Source: Hyphochytrium catenoides (taxonomy: Eukaryota; Protista; Hyphochytriomycota). Taken from it: DNA of 64,000 bases. Shown piece after piece: positions 1-11,540 of the stretch. The notes below the pieces were generated by a model. The model was not told the origin of the DNA, did no database searches, and was given only the letters and a program-made list of their open reading frames with translations. The translations under genes and the position numbers were made by a program. Each line of letters begins with the position of its first letter. Within the stretch, counting starts at the first letter, position 1. The DNA lies in assembly GCA_900088475.1 (NCBI GenBank), contig FLMG01001070.1:90276-154275 (forward strand). The letters run 5' to 3'.

Positions 1-58
1 ATGAATTAGTTCTACGCATTGAGCCACTGAACCTTGTCTTTCTCTCTTCCGCCCTCAG

Positions 59-1138
59 GCAAGAGCATTATTTCCAAAGGTGCAGGCATTCGTAGAGAAT
101 GTATGCATACCTAGGTGAGCTTAGGAAGCCTATTAAAAGCTTCCATATCTCAATCTGAGATATATCTCGTCAAGTTTGTTGGCTTGAAGTTCGTCACAGA
201 CATTGCCATCTCCATCTTGTCAGCGCTAAGAACTTTTAACGTTATGTCTCCTGTGCAGCGAGCGAATCTTTAAGGAGCAGCTGGAGGCGAATACTAGCGC
301 AGGGAAGCGCTGGACAGCAGTCCCTCCCGTGGTGGAAGAGCTGAAGGCAAAGGCCAAAGCTGCAGGTCCACTAGCAACCTTTAACTTCCATTTCTCTTGA
401 AACTCATTCTTCTTCTGCCGCTTCACCTTTCCTTGTCTTTCTCCTCCCCCATCGCCATCGTCATCTGGCATTTCTTCCAGAGGTACCCTGAGTGCTTTTA
501 CTGATTCATGGCCATCTATTGACCAACCCTTCTTCAGGTCTTTGGAACCTCTTCTTGCCTGACTCTGCAGCAGGCGCAGGTCTTTCGAATCTAGACTATG
601 CTCCTCTCTGCGAACTGATGGGCCGCTCCTTCATTGCCCCCGAAGCCTTCAACTGCAGCGCACCCGACACTGGCAACATGGAGGTGTTAACTTATCCCCA
701 TTTCTCTCTCTCTGTCTTTGCCTCCATCTGTTAACCATCCCCATTGCTGATCTCCCTCTCGCTGTCCCTGTCTCTGGCTCCACCACCCTTCCCACGACTT
801 GCAATGTCTCTTCTGACGTTGCTTCCCGCCCTGTGGTTAGTGTCTAGCGCTTCTCGTCTGGATATCACTAAAAGGTTGTCATGTTGTTCTCTACTTGACA
901 GGTGCTGGAGCGCTATGGGACCCCTGAGCAGAAGGAGAAATGGCTGAAACCCCTTCTTGATGGGAAGATTCGCAGCTGTTTCGCAATGACCGAGCCTGCC
1001 GTCGCCTCTTCTGACGCCACAAACATTGAGACAACAATAAGAAGAGAAGGTAAGGAATAAGCCCCACTCTCGACCGAAATGTTTACGTGGTAACAACAGT
1101 TCTACGTCTGTCCTCCTCCACGACGGGTTTTCTCTCTT

Positions 1139-1185
<47 letters not shown>

Positions 1186-2894
1186 TTCTCTCTCCCCCTC
1201 TCTCTCCCTCTCTCTAGCTCTCTCTGCTCTCTCTCTCTCTCTCTAGCTCTCTCTCTCTCTCTCTAGCTCTCTCTAGCTCTGGCTTGCCATTGACGTTCAT
1301 CATTGTACGCTCTGTCTGCCCCTGTCTTCGATATGATTGTAGGTGACGAATACGTAATCAATGGGACGAAGTGGTGGACAAGTGGTGCCGGAGATCCACG
1401 ATGCAAGCTTGCAATTCTTATGGGAAAAGTTGTCTCTCCTACTTCTTCCTCCTCTCGCCACAGCGCGCAATCAATGATATTGGTGCCTATGGACGCGCCA
1501 GGGGTAAGCCTTACATCCTCAGGCATATTTTTAGCTACTTCAATCTGACCAGCGGCCCATTCAGTTTCCTCTCTTCCTACGCTATCTTCTTGCTCCTCTC
1601 TTTTCAGTACACGACCAGGCTAGTCACCTTTTTAAAGGGCCATATTCTCTCCTAAGCTTTCTAAATGCTCTTTATGTGTCACCCTTATCCTCTTTACCTT
1701 CCGTGCAATGTTCCTGCTCAGGCGTTAGGACCACTCTCTTAGCCCTTCCCCATTCCCCTTACCATGCGTTCCTCTTCAGGTGAAGGTGATCCGCCCACTG
1801 CTGGTCTATGGGTTCGACGATGCCCCTCATGGCCATTGTGAAGTCAGTTTCTTCAACGTCCGAGTGCCTGTCACCAGTATTCTACTGGGAGAGGGGAGAG
1901 GCTTCGAAATTGCACAGGTCAGTTGAGGAGACTAATGTTGTCGTCAGTAACATTCTTTGTATGCCCATCCTTCGGCATGATCCTTCGTTCTATCTTTGAA
2001 GTATCCCGCACATCCCTTACCCTTTTACTGTGTTCTTCTATGTTGTGCCCTTCAGGGACGCCTTGGCCCCGGCCGTATCCACCATTGCATGCGGCTAATT
2101 GGAGCGGCGGAGAGGGCGTTAGAGGCGCTCTGTCGCCGAGCCAAAAGTCGTTGGGCATTCGGGAAGCTTTTGGAACGGCAGGGCGGCGTGGTCACAGCAA
2201 TCTCCGACAGCAGGTGTGATATAGAGCAAGCCAGACTGCTCGTACTTACAGCGGCGGCGATGATGGACAAGGTGGGTCGCAAGCTTCCTTACACTTGCTC
2301 TATCTCCCCGCTTTCTTGTCCCTTCCTTTCTGGCCTTTTAGGTAGCTGGTGTTGGACGGCTACATTCTGCTTTGAACTTTCATCTCTATCATACTGAAGC
2401 TTACTCGGTGTGCCGCCTTCCGTTCTCTGTCATCGGATGTCAACTCCTAGCTTGGGAACAAAATGGCCCAGCAGCACATTGCAATGATTAAGGTTGTGGC
2501 TCCGTCCATGGCTTTGAGGGTAATTGACAGAGCCATTCAAGTCCATGGCGGAGCAGGTAAGCCGTTCAACACTTGGGTACCGCCTTATGCTCCCGTGTCC
2601 TAAGGTGGAGACTGTTCCCCTTGTCTCTATTACGATGTCCAGGCTTCTGTCAGGACTCCGAGCTGCCCCACTTTTGGATTAGCGCAAGAAGCTTAAGAGT
2701 AGCGGGTAAGCCAGCATGTAGCCACACATTTCCGCTTGCGCTCTTCGCCCTTCCACTTTCTTGCCAGACCCCAGTTTACCGAAGTGGGGTCTAGACTCTA
2801 ACACCGAGAGTGTGTCCTTATGATACTAGATGGCCCGGACGAGGTGCATCAGACAACAGTCGCCAAGTGGGAACTGCTAAAGGCTAAGCTTTAG
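59..2894 (+). CDS. Acyl-CoA dehydrogenase, ACAD10/ACAD11/IBR3 family, 5'-partial, with C-terminal peroxisomal PTS1 (AKL)
   Basis: Hand-spliced GT-AG exons 59-114, 259-365, 538-683, 902-1049, 1343-1503, 1780-1917, 2056-2271, 2451-2556, 2643-2705 and 2830-2894 join in frame. Family motifs: [74 protein letters not shown]. Ends ELLKAKL*. Confidence 0.95.
1128..1281. repeat. (CT)n microsatellite with interspersed CTAG units, inside an ACAD intron
   Basis: Direct reading: ctctctctc...ctctagctctctct... Confidence 0.9.
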
Positions 2895-3328
2895 CCATTG
2901 CGATGAGAGCAACAGGCACAGTGGACTCCTCGAGAAAGGGCTCGTGCCCTCACAATTTCCAGTAGCTCACTAAACATCCTTCTTATAAGGCTTTCGCCTT
3001 TCATATGTTTGATAATAACGATCAATGGGAAGCTTCGTCGAGAGATAGGGTCTATGACAGACAGAAGGGTGCTTCCTAGAGAAAATAAAGTCTCAAGTAA
3101 TGAGACTCATGAGACCTCTACGGCAGAGTTGAATCACATCATAAGCTAGTTATACGCCTTAAAGCGAGTCTATATGTACACGGTGACCAATTTACGGGTC
3201 ATGCTGCACAGCTGGGATACCTACGTCTTGTCTACACAGCTAATAACTTACAGACATGCATTATATACAACTTTGATAACAGTTTGGAGGGCAGAGGCAG
3301 GGCAGACCTTAGTCGGAATTCATTCCTA

Positions 3329-4917
3329 TCAGTCCACCTGATCCTGGTCGCCTTGCACAGCAGCGAGCATCATCATTAGAAGCTCCAAGCCGTCTGCAGA
3401 AGGCTCACCGACGCTTTCTGAGTCTGAGATATCTCCCTCATCGCCAGATAGCAACCCTTCGTCATTGCCAATTACCCCCAAAGCATTAGAAGGTCGATGC
3501 AGCCGCCTGCTGAGCCACCTGTGCGCTTGATCCTGCGAAGCCCGGTCGGTTGATCGTCCTAGACCACGACCTGAATCTCCCTCTCCTCCCTCTTCATCCT
3601 CCTGGTCCTGGTCCTGGTCCGAGTGGTCACTCTCATCCTCCTCCAAGATCTGAGAGATAAGATCTAAGGTTGCCTCCTCGAGCATTCCGAGCTTCTTGAG
3701 GGTCGACTTGCAGACGGGACAGTTGTTTGTGTGTGCCTCTATGTAAGAAGAAGTGCCCAGAAGCCAGCGGTCTATACAGCCCTTGTGATACACATGCTGG
3801 CAGTGCAGTAGACGCACTTCCTCGCTTCCCTCGAAGCACTCGAGGCAAATGGAACAGAACTCGACGAACTCCTTTGATGTCTCCCGGTACTCTTTGTAGG
3901 TCAGAGAAGGAATCTTGGAAAGATCCTTTTCTTCTAAGTGACGTGATGCAAACCGCGCCTGGCAGAGCCGACAGAACAATGTAGATAATCAGTGAGCGAC
4001 TGTAAGGCCTATCAAGATGATCGTTTGGAAAGAAGAGAGATACGCACTAGAGCCGCAATAATGCGAGAGCGAAGTAGGGCATAGAGGCAGACTCCACACA
4101 CAGAGGAATGCTTGAGGGCATCAGAGGGAGAGAACATTCGACAGAAGAGGAGTGACAGTCAAGAAGAACGTTTAGAGAGAGAACGAAGCAGATCGGAAGA
4201 CAACCACGGGAAAGATGAGCTCAGATCCGGGTCACAGCCACTTCAATGCAGATGTGGGAGCTAGCTAAGCTAGAGGCTTACCTTCCGTGCGACCTGCACC
4301 TGAGTTAAGACAGCAACCTCTTGTCGGTCGTCTACTTCTTCAAAGAGATCATCCACAAGATCCTTCATGCCGCCAGTAGCAGTAGACATCTGTTTGGGTT
4401 TCGAGAGAGATGGGAAATTGCTGTCGTCACAGTCATTCATCTCACAGCAAGAGGAGCAGTCTTCATCATTTTGCTGTTCATTCTCTTCCGTCTCTTGTCC
4501 TTCTTCTTCTTCACTCGGTTCCTGTGCAGATAGTAGTCCTTCGCCGCCTCCAACGACGGAGGGAAGCTTCAGTGTTATGTCGCTAGACGCAGAGAAGTCT
4601 CCAATGCTGCTGCTAGAAGCCCGTCTAAGTCCTTGCATGGTATGCGAGACGGAGGCGACCAGAGATCTGCTGACAATACTCTGAGAGCGCGTCGGGAGGC
4701 TGTTCTCTCTAGCATTATCTCTGATCCCGCGCCTAATGAAGTCGTTCAAATCCCAAGAGAGAGTTGGGAGCGATGAAGCGAGAGGCCTGAAGAATGAAGA
4801 AGTGGTCGAGCTTTCGCGGCTATAAGGCGTCGGTGTATGAATTGCATTGGCGGAGGAGTTGTTTCCTCTGTCTCTCCTCGGGATGGCAATCCCTAAGGCA
4901 CGCATAGGGAGATCCAT
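3329..4917 (-). CDS. RING-H2 zinc-finger protein (putative E3 ubiquitin ligase) with Ser-rich N-terminus and acidic C-terminus
   Basis: Exons 4917-4282 and 3958-3329 with intron gtaagc...ctgccag. RING-H2 motif CSICLECF...CQHVYHKGCIDRWL...CPVCK. Start taken at the first ATG (MDLP); the exact start is uncertain. Confidence 0.85.
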
Positions 4918-5281
4918 ACCTTGCGCCCCACGCTGGCCAAAGGAGAGACTCGCTCTCAGACAAACAAAGAGCGAGCGAGAAGAGAGAGTTCTAACAGGAA
5001 AAGAAGCTCTAAATCTGTGGTCGGAACGACAAAGAAGATTCAAGAGTGAACGGGCCCGCCCACAACTTCGTGGATCGCCAGCGAGCGGGCAGCAATGCGA
5101 TCTTCTCCCTTCTTTGCTCTCTCTTTCTTCAATTGCTCTTCTCTTTCTCGTCGCCCGCCTGTCTAATGGCCCTTCCCTTCTCTGTCTCTATCGCTTCTCT
5201 TTCTGAAGAGTTCGGGGCCGCTTGACAGATGTCTCTGCGAGAGATGTTGAAGCAACAATCGGCGAACACGCGAGACGGAGC

Positions 5282-5400
5282 AAGAGAGAGAGAGAAAAGA
5301 GAGAGAGGACGTTGTACAGCTGACGGTGAAGGAAGAGAACAGAAGAGACAAAAGCGAGAAGGGAGAGAGAGAGAGAGAGAGCGACGAGACAGAGAGAGAC

Positions 5401-5439
<39 letters not shown>

Positions 5440-5780
5440 AGAAAGAATAATCAAGAGAGAAAGCTGAATGAAAAGGGCCGACAGCACGGCGGTCAAAGTG
5501 ATTCGAGAGACAGAGAGAGACAGAGGGAGAGAGGGAGAGGCCAAAGGGGATGAAGGAAGTGGAACCTTTTACCAGAGAATGGGGATAGAAGGGAAACGGG
5601 ATCTTCCTGCCTTTCTCTCTCTCTCTCTCTCTTTCTCTGTCTTCTGTAAGGTCTCAGGAATACTACTCTCAGGGTTAGTGCTACAGTACTGTTTTCTCTC
5701 CCTCTCTCTTCTCTCTTTCTCTCTCTCTCTCCCTCTCTCTTCTCTCTTTCTGTCTCTCTATCTCTGTCTCTCTCTTTTCC
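5282..5780. repeat. GA-rich tract (about 5282-5540) followed by CT-rich tract (about 5611-5780), upstream of the RING gene
   Basis: Low-complexity (GA)n and (CT)n seen directly; the ORFs called here are low-complexity artefacts. Confidence 0.85.
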
Positions 5781-7523
5781 TCCCAGCAGCGTCATAGTTA
5801 AGTGATAGCCCCTGCCTAGTACCTGGGGAAATTGGTATTCCCATGCATGATCGCGATAAAAAGCCCTTCATTTAAGGCCTGCCAAAAGACATAATCACTA
5901 ATTCCCACAGTCTCAGGCCTCAGTACTTATGCTATCATTTGGGAAGCGGTCCTATGCTCCAGCCCGTTCTTCAACCTCGAACGGCGTAGTAAGGACGCAG
6001 CCGCTAGCCCACAAGTTCCAACGTGTTCTAATATATCAATAGATAGTTGCCCATTGGAGGAATTTGACGTGATAGTAGTACGCCCCAAAGAGTCACAAGG
6101 AAGAAAAAGGGTTCCCTCAACTCCTGCACCGAAAAAAATACAGTAAAAAGGAAGTCATTGAATCCGTCAATTTCGAACTGAGGCACAAAGTTCCAGAGAG
6201 ACTCTTCAAAAGGTCCCTTTTCAGCTGGAACATTGCGCTTTGAGACTGCCTGAGATAACACCACAACTGACATAAAGATACACTTTGGGTTCGCCCCTTG
6301 TGAAGTAAGAAATTTACGCTTTCCTGAGGGTGGCTTCTGACGGTTTGGCCCCTGGAACCAGTAACGAACTTTCTGTGCTCAGTCGGCGCGATGGCACTTC
6401 TCTATTGGACGCGGCAGGAACCTCGTTCAGACTCTCAGACAAGCGCTCCTGCTGCATCATCAATCAATCACCAGAAGTGAAAGCGAGGTGATCATAGGCA
6501 AAGAGGGGACAGACAAGCTCATCGGGTAGGTAGTTGATGATGGATGGGATATGGATGACGAGGCAATAAAGTTATGATGAGTCAGCATGGTTCATGTCTG
6601 GACCAGAGCCATCATTCCTCATGGGCTCATAGGTGTTTCTCTGAAGGGGATGCGTTATCACAAGTTGCCAAGTGTTACACTAGACGGGCAATGCTCTATC
6701 GTGCTAGTTTCATGTTGGTACACTTCTGTTGCACCTCAGTGTGATGGATCACGGGCATATACTCATGCTGTAGTGAAAAAGAATAAACTTCCTCTCTCTT
6801 GATAGAATACTTCCATGGACGTCAAACAGCGCAGAAGTTGAGTTTTGCTACTGGTCAGTAGCGATAAGCAAGCTTCAATAATGTTCCATCACGTTTTCTT
6901 TCAAGCGCCAGTTTGATTGAATGTTACCAGGATAAGCAGAGACCGCATAAGAAATCTCGTACATTCGTTCATTCACTAATCACTTTATACTTTCAATCCA
7001 GTAATGCCTGACCACGGTTGCATGTGGAGCGTCCTGACCACTTCGTTTGGCTTTTCACTCCTCCGCAACTACTACAGCCTGGATTATGTCAGTTGCTGGT
7101 GCTAAGAAGGATTCCCAAAGCAGCCATAGCTAGAAGGTCTTCGCTCTTGCTTCACTCCACTCTTCGGCAATGATAGCCTCACGTGAGGTCTGTTCGAGTA
7201 CAGCCAATACTATAAAGCGTAATGATGCGCCATCACAAAGGAGGTGGACCGACTTGAGTGCGACAAATGGCCCCTTGTCTGCAACAGGCTGCTTGATTGC
7301 TGGCCGTAAGTCCAGCTTGGTCGTCGTATATAGCACCGATTTGGGAGGAAGGAACTCGCTGCCCGCAGCTGTAAGGGGGATTCTGGAACAGAGAAATGGG
7401 GGAGAGAAGTCCATGCAACAAGCCGCATCAAGATTGCACTAGGCGAAGGGGTCTCCAGGGGCGGGTATTCTGGCTTAGAAGTATGAGAGGCGCACGAGAA
7501 GGAAGAATGAGATCTCATGTTGC

Positions 7524-8617
7524 CTAAAACGCCTCACGGAAAGGGCTCGGCGAGTTCAGCACCCTGGAGTACACGTCCTCCCTGTTCTCGCTCATCGGGG
7601 AATATGTGATGATCTGTGATGGGCAAGAACATATAAGCACACTATATATAGGTTGACAGCCTGCACACAAGCATACACACCTCAAACTCGTACATTACAG
7701 GCGGCATATGATCCAAATTCTGCACATTGTTCAGAATCTTCAGCATTGCATTCTGCAACGCCACTTCTGTTGTTTGTCGACTTCGCTCTCTCTCTAGCTC
7801 TATAATTCAAACGACAATGGCAGAGCAAGTTATATCAGACCTCAGTGCGAAATGTCGAGTCCTAAGTATATATCTAGAGGAGTGATGCTGACTTTAGGGT
7901 CGCAATACGTCTCGCACAACCTCATCTTACCAGATGTCGGGTCGTCTCTATCCACGTAGGGGGTGATGTTAACAAGCACTGGGATGACCCACTGCTCCCA
8001 TATGACCTAATAGATTCCAGCGAGGGAGATGCAAGTAAGCACTGTCTTCTCGCGAACCTCAATTTTTAGAGGTACCTTCTCTTCGTTTGAAAGCAGCCCG
8101 AACATAGACTTTGTAACTCTTCTCTCAAAGAACGAGACCAGCAGCTTGCCCTTCAAGAGTTCTGTTCGCCAATGCGTTAGCACATTCGTCTTCCCCCAGC
8201 AAGCTCATTACTGACAACAATCCCTGAACATACCTGGAGCTGCGGGTGTCAAAGAGGTTATAAACTGGTCGATCGCGTCATCTACCTGCTTGTCCACTTC
8301 GGCCACGCCGCATCTTGCGTAAGTAAGCCGAAAGTTCTCACAGTCTGTCTGCGTGGGGTTTCCAAATGAGAAAGAAGGCACTTCGTATACAAGCTATAGC
8401 CCATTGCTACTCACCACCTTGGGCTTTACGGGCCCTGGCGCCCGGGTAAAAAGAATAGTGTGCACCAGACATTTCAGCAGTTCCTCCACTTGATCCTGTC
8501 CAACCTCCTTTACAGCGTGAGTGACCACATTAGAACGAATAGTCAGGGGGAGCAAGGGCCTACGGTAAAGGAGATACGTACAATCTCGTCCAGCGTCTGA
8601 GTCCGCCAATTTGCCAT
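7524..8617 (-). CDS. ATG101: Autophagy-related protein 101 (HORMA domain)
   Basis: About 7 spliced exons: MANWRTQTLDEI | EVGQDQVEELLKCLVHTILFTRAPGPVKPK | DCENFRLTYARCGVAEVDKQVDDAIDQF | KGKLLVSFFERR...NEEK | VIWEQWVIPV | ...DHMPPVMYEFE | IITYSP...AF*. HTILF-R, FFERR and WEQW are ATG101 hallmarks. Confidence 0.9.
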
Positions 8618-9379
8618 GATGTGGAGGAGGTAGTTGCACACGCTGCTGTCTTGCTAGGGCACAAGGCTGGAGAAACGCGTTCGGTCCAATCGAAGTGCTC
8701 AGAGAGACTGGCTCACGTTGTCCTCGCCGGGGAACTTTTCGCGGTGTTAACAAGCTACTCAGGACTAGAATTCAATGCAGAATGTGCTAGCAATAGGCGC
8801 TATCTGCACGTACCCAACGCGACTTTATGGCGGGTCTTGCCAGATGTATGATGTTGATCATGAGCTTGGTCTTATCCCTTTCAACCGCCGAAGGAATGAT
8901 TGTGCATCAACTGTGTGCTGCTTCGGATGGCTTCACTCTCGCTGTCCGGCTCCGATTGAACAACTCTTCCCCTTCTGTTCCTCGAGAACGTGTCTCCTGT
9001 CTTTTTGAAGCGATAGCAGCTTTTGGACGCTTGTGCCTCCTGTACGAGGATAGTTTCCTTATTATTATACCTCCAGGGCTAAACCACCCTGTTATGACAT
9101 ATGACAGTACCCCATATTGTCGCGTAAAGTCCATAAACAAGCCCAGAGCCCTTAGGTTACCGGAGAATCTACACTATGACTATTGACCTAGCATTAAACC
9201 GATAGTCTTCAGCGGCAGGAGTTGACAATAGTCTTTATAATATGAGCTTTAAGCTGCTTTTTCTTTATTCATAACCATTAAAGGTCTTGTCTCTCTGGGC
9301 CTAGCTCGAGACTGCAGTGGAAGGTTTAGCAGCATTCGCTGCTTTCCTGCTTATATCAGTGGTCCTGCTGAGCACTCCC

Positions 9380-10650
9380 TCATAGAGCAGCTGCTTTAGG
9401 TTGCACAGGCTTTCTCCCCACCATGAGATACATGGGGGTGAAAATTCCGGTGATACCTCCCCTAGCACAGCCCATGCCACCCTTCTGGAGCATCTGCTGG
9501 ATCTTAGAAGTGCCCTTAGGGGCCAACTTGGTAAACTCCAATAACTTCAGCAGCTCCGTCGTCAGCGTGAGCCCCACCGGATTAAACTGGAAGCGTTGGG
9601 TTAATGGGTTCCAGCTCGGTGTGAGCGGAGTATACCAGTGCTCGTTGTGTGCATCTAGCGCACAATCCCTAGCCTCAATCAGCTCAAAGCCAGCCTCGAC
9701 AAGGGATTTCTTGACCTCATCAGTACGAGCCATGTCAGGAAGGCCATCTCCTTCTTCAATCAGCTTCTTGATATGAACATGCTCCTCATTGTTCGGGTCG
9801 TATTTGTCCGTAAGGCACCATTCGTAGCAAGCAAATATAGCTCCTGGCTTCAAGACCCGGTAAATTTCTCCATACACTCCCTCCCTGCTTGGTGCATGAC
9901 AGGTGGCCTCAATCGCGTAGACGCCGTCAAACGACTCCTTATCGAAAGGGAGCTTCATAAAATCACCCTGAACAAGTCGGCACTGCTTCGCAAGGCCAGC
10001 AGCAAGGTTCAACTGGTTACCACGCTTTACCTGAAAGCCGTTGATGGTGACCCCCGTGATATCACAGCCAGTGAAGCGTGCGATGTTCCGCATTGGACCG
10101 CCTATGCCACAGCCCGCGTCCAGAAGACGACCCCCAGCTGGAACACCCAGTCGACCAGCGAGATAATACTCATGACGGCGAATTGCTTCGTAGAAGTTCT
10201 CTCCGTCCTTGACGTGGGCGAAATGGAATGAGGAGCCCCAGCCCCATTCATAGAAGGATGTAGCCAGCTCATAGTAAGAATCTACAAGCTTGGAATAATT
10301 GCTTTCACGCTCCTCAACACCTCCCTTACTATCATCATGGAGATTATTATAGTCATCAATGGCGGAGTCCACCGTTTTACCCTCAGCATTCCATCTGAAG
10401 AAGCTTGTCAACAATGCGCCTGTCTTGATGATGGGTCTGAATATGAAGGATCTTTCGGGATTCTGGAAGCACGTTGGTCAGTTTCTTCCAAACCATCCTA
10501 CTGCTTAGTCAATCATCTTACCGAGAAGATCGCGAGAATTGCACCCAGAATGATCGTAGACAGGATGATGAACACGAAGTTATCATGGAATATAACTGCA
10601 AGATCCGCTGTGACATTCTCAAGCATCTGCCTGACTGGGTCCATGCTCAT
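9380..10650 (-). CDS. Sterol 24-C-methyltransferase (SAM-dependent; SMT/ERG6 family) with N-terminal hydrophobic anchor
   Basis: Exon 1 10650-10522, intron 10521-10463, exon 2 10462-9380. Motifs YEWGWGSSFHF, LDAGCGIGGP, IEATCHAP, YEWC and IEEGDGLP. Confidence 0.95.
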
Positions 10651-11540
10651 GAGAATGCCCGCCACCAACAGAATTGTAGGCATCTATTATGCAAGAGGTG
10701 GAGGCACTTGTCGTAAGTTACTCAGAGTCAAGGATGGTTTTAAGCTTCAGCGATACATTGACAACCGCCTACTCACCTTGGAACAAACTAGTTTGTTTCA
10801 GACGAAGAAACAGCTCCCCTTTCGAGTACCTTATAGATCAATCGTCTTTCTTAGCTCAGTACGACGCCGTCGGCTGCTACTCGTATGCAGCTCAGCCTTA
10901 AGTTCATCTCAGAAGAAAGCTCAATGAAAGCTAAAGAGCCAAGGATCCAGCCGCACTGATGATCTTCACAGAGATTCTGTGGTTCCTCATGGTCCTGTCT
11001 CTACAATAGCAAACTCCTCGCCAAACACATGCACACCCCCTAAAAGCGCTAACTTATGACTCTACCATCCCATAGTGAAGAAAGGGCAAAGCAAACCCAC
11101 GCCACCAAATGTCAAACCCACTATGTCCAACCCTCCCCTTAACATTATGCCTTGGCTTTTTATCTCTAAAGTCAATGTCCTAAATCAGGGATTACATTGG
11201 TCAAGAATCAATCCTTGGTTATCTTTCGGAGGCGCTTCTCTAGTCTGGTTATTCCTGGCTCTCTGTGCCATTCATCGTGATTCGCATCTCCAACTGTTGA
11301 AGCTTCTGATGGAGCTTTATAATCCCATTGAGAGAGTGAGAGGCAGCCAGCGCGAAGCGCCATGTGTACCGCGACTGTGGGAGCTGGGGTCGGTCGATAG
11401 CGAACCCAAGAGTTGATTCCAGTCTCTTGGTGAGGCCAGAAGGAAGGTACAGGAGACCTTGCACTGATATACATTTTTGTGCCGATCTCCGCCCCGGTAG
11501 ATCCATTGACGGTCCTTGCCTTTGAGCACAAAGTTGAAGT

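Noticed and set aside
6574-6644. Possible C/D-box snoRNA (ATGATGA...CTGA); similar pattern at about 48865-48943
   Set aside because: No convincing terminal stem or recognisable rRNA-antisense element; such short boxes occur by chance.
9423-10927. Plus-strand ORFs overlapping the SMT gene, and the many other antisense ORFs in the track
   Set aside because: They are shadow frames of real genes and carry no motifs.
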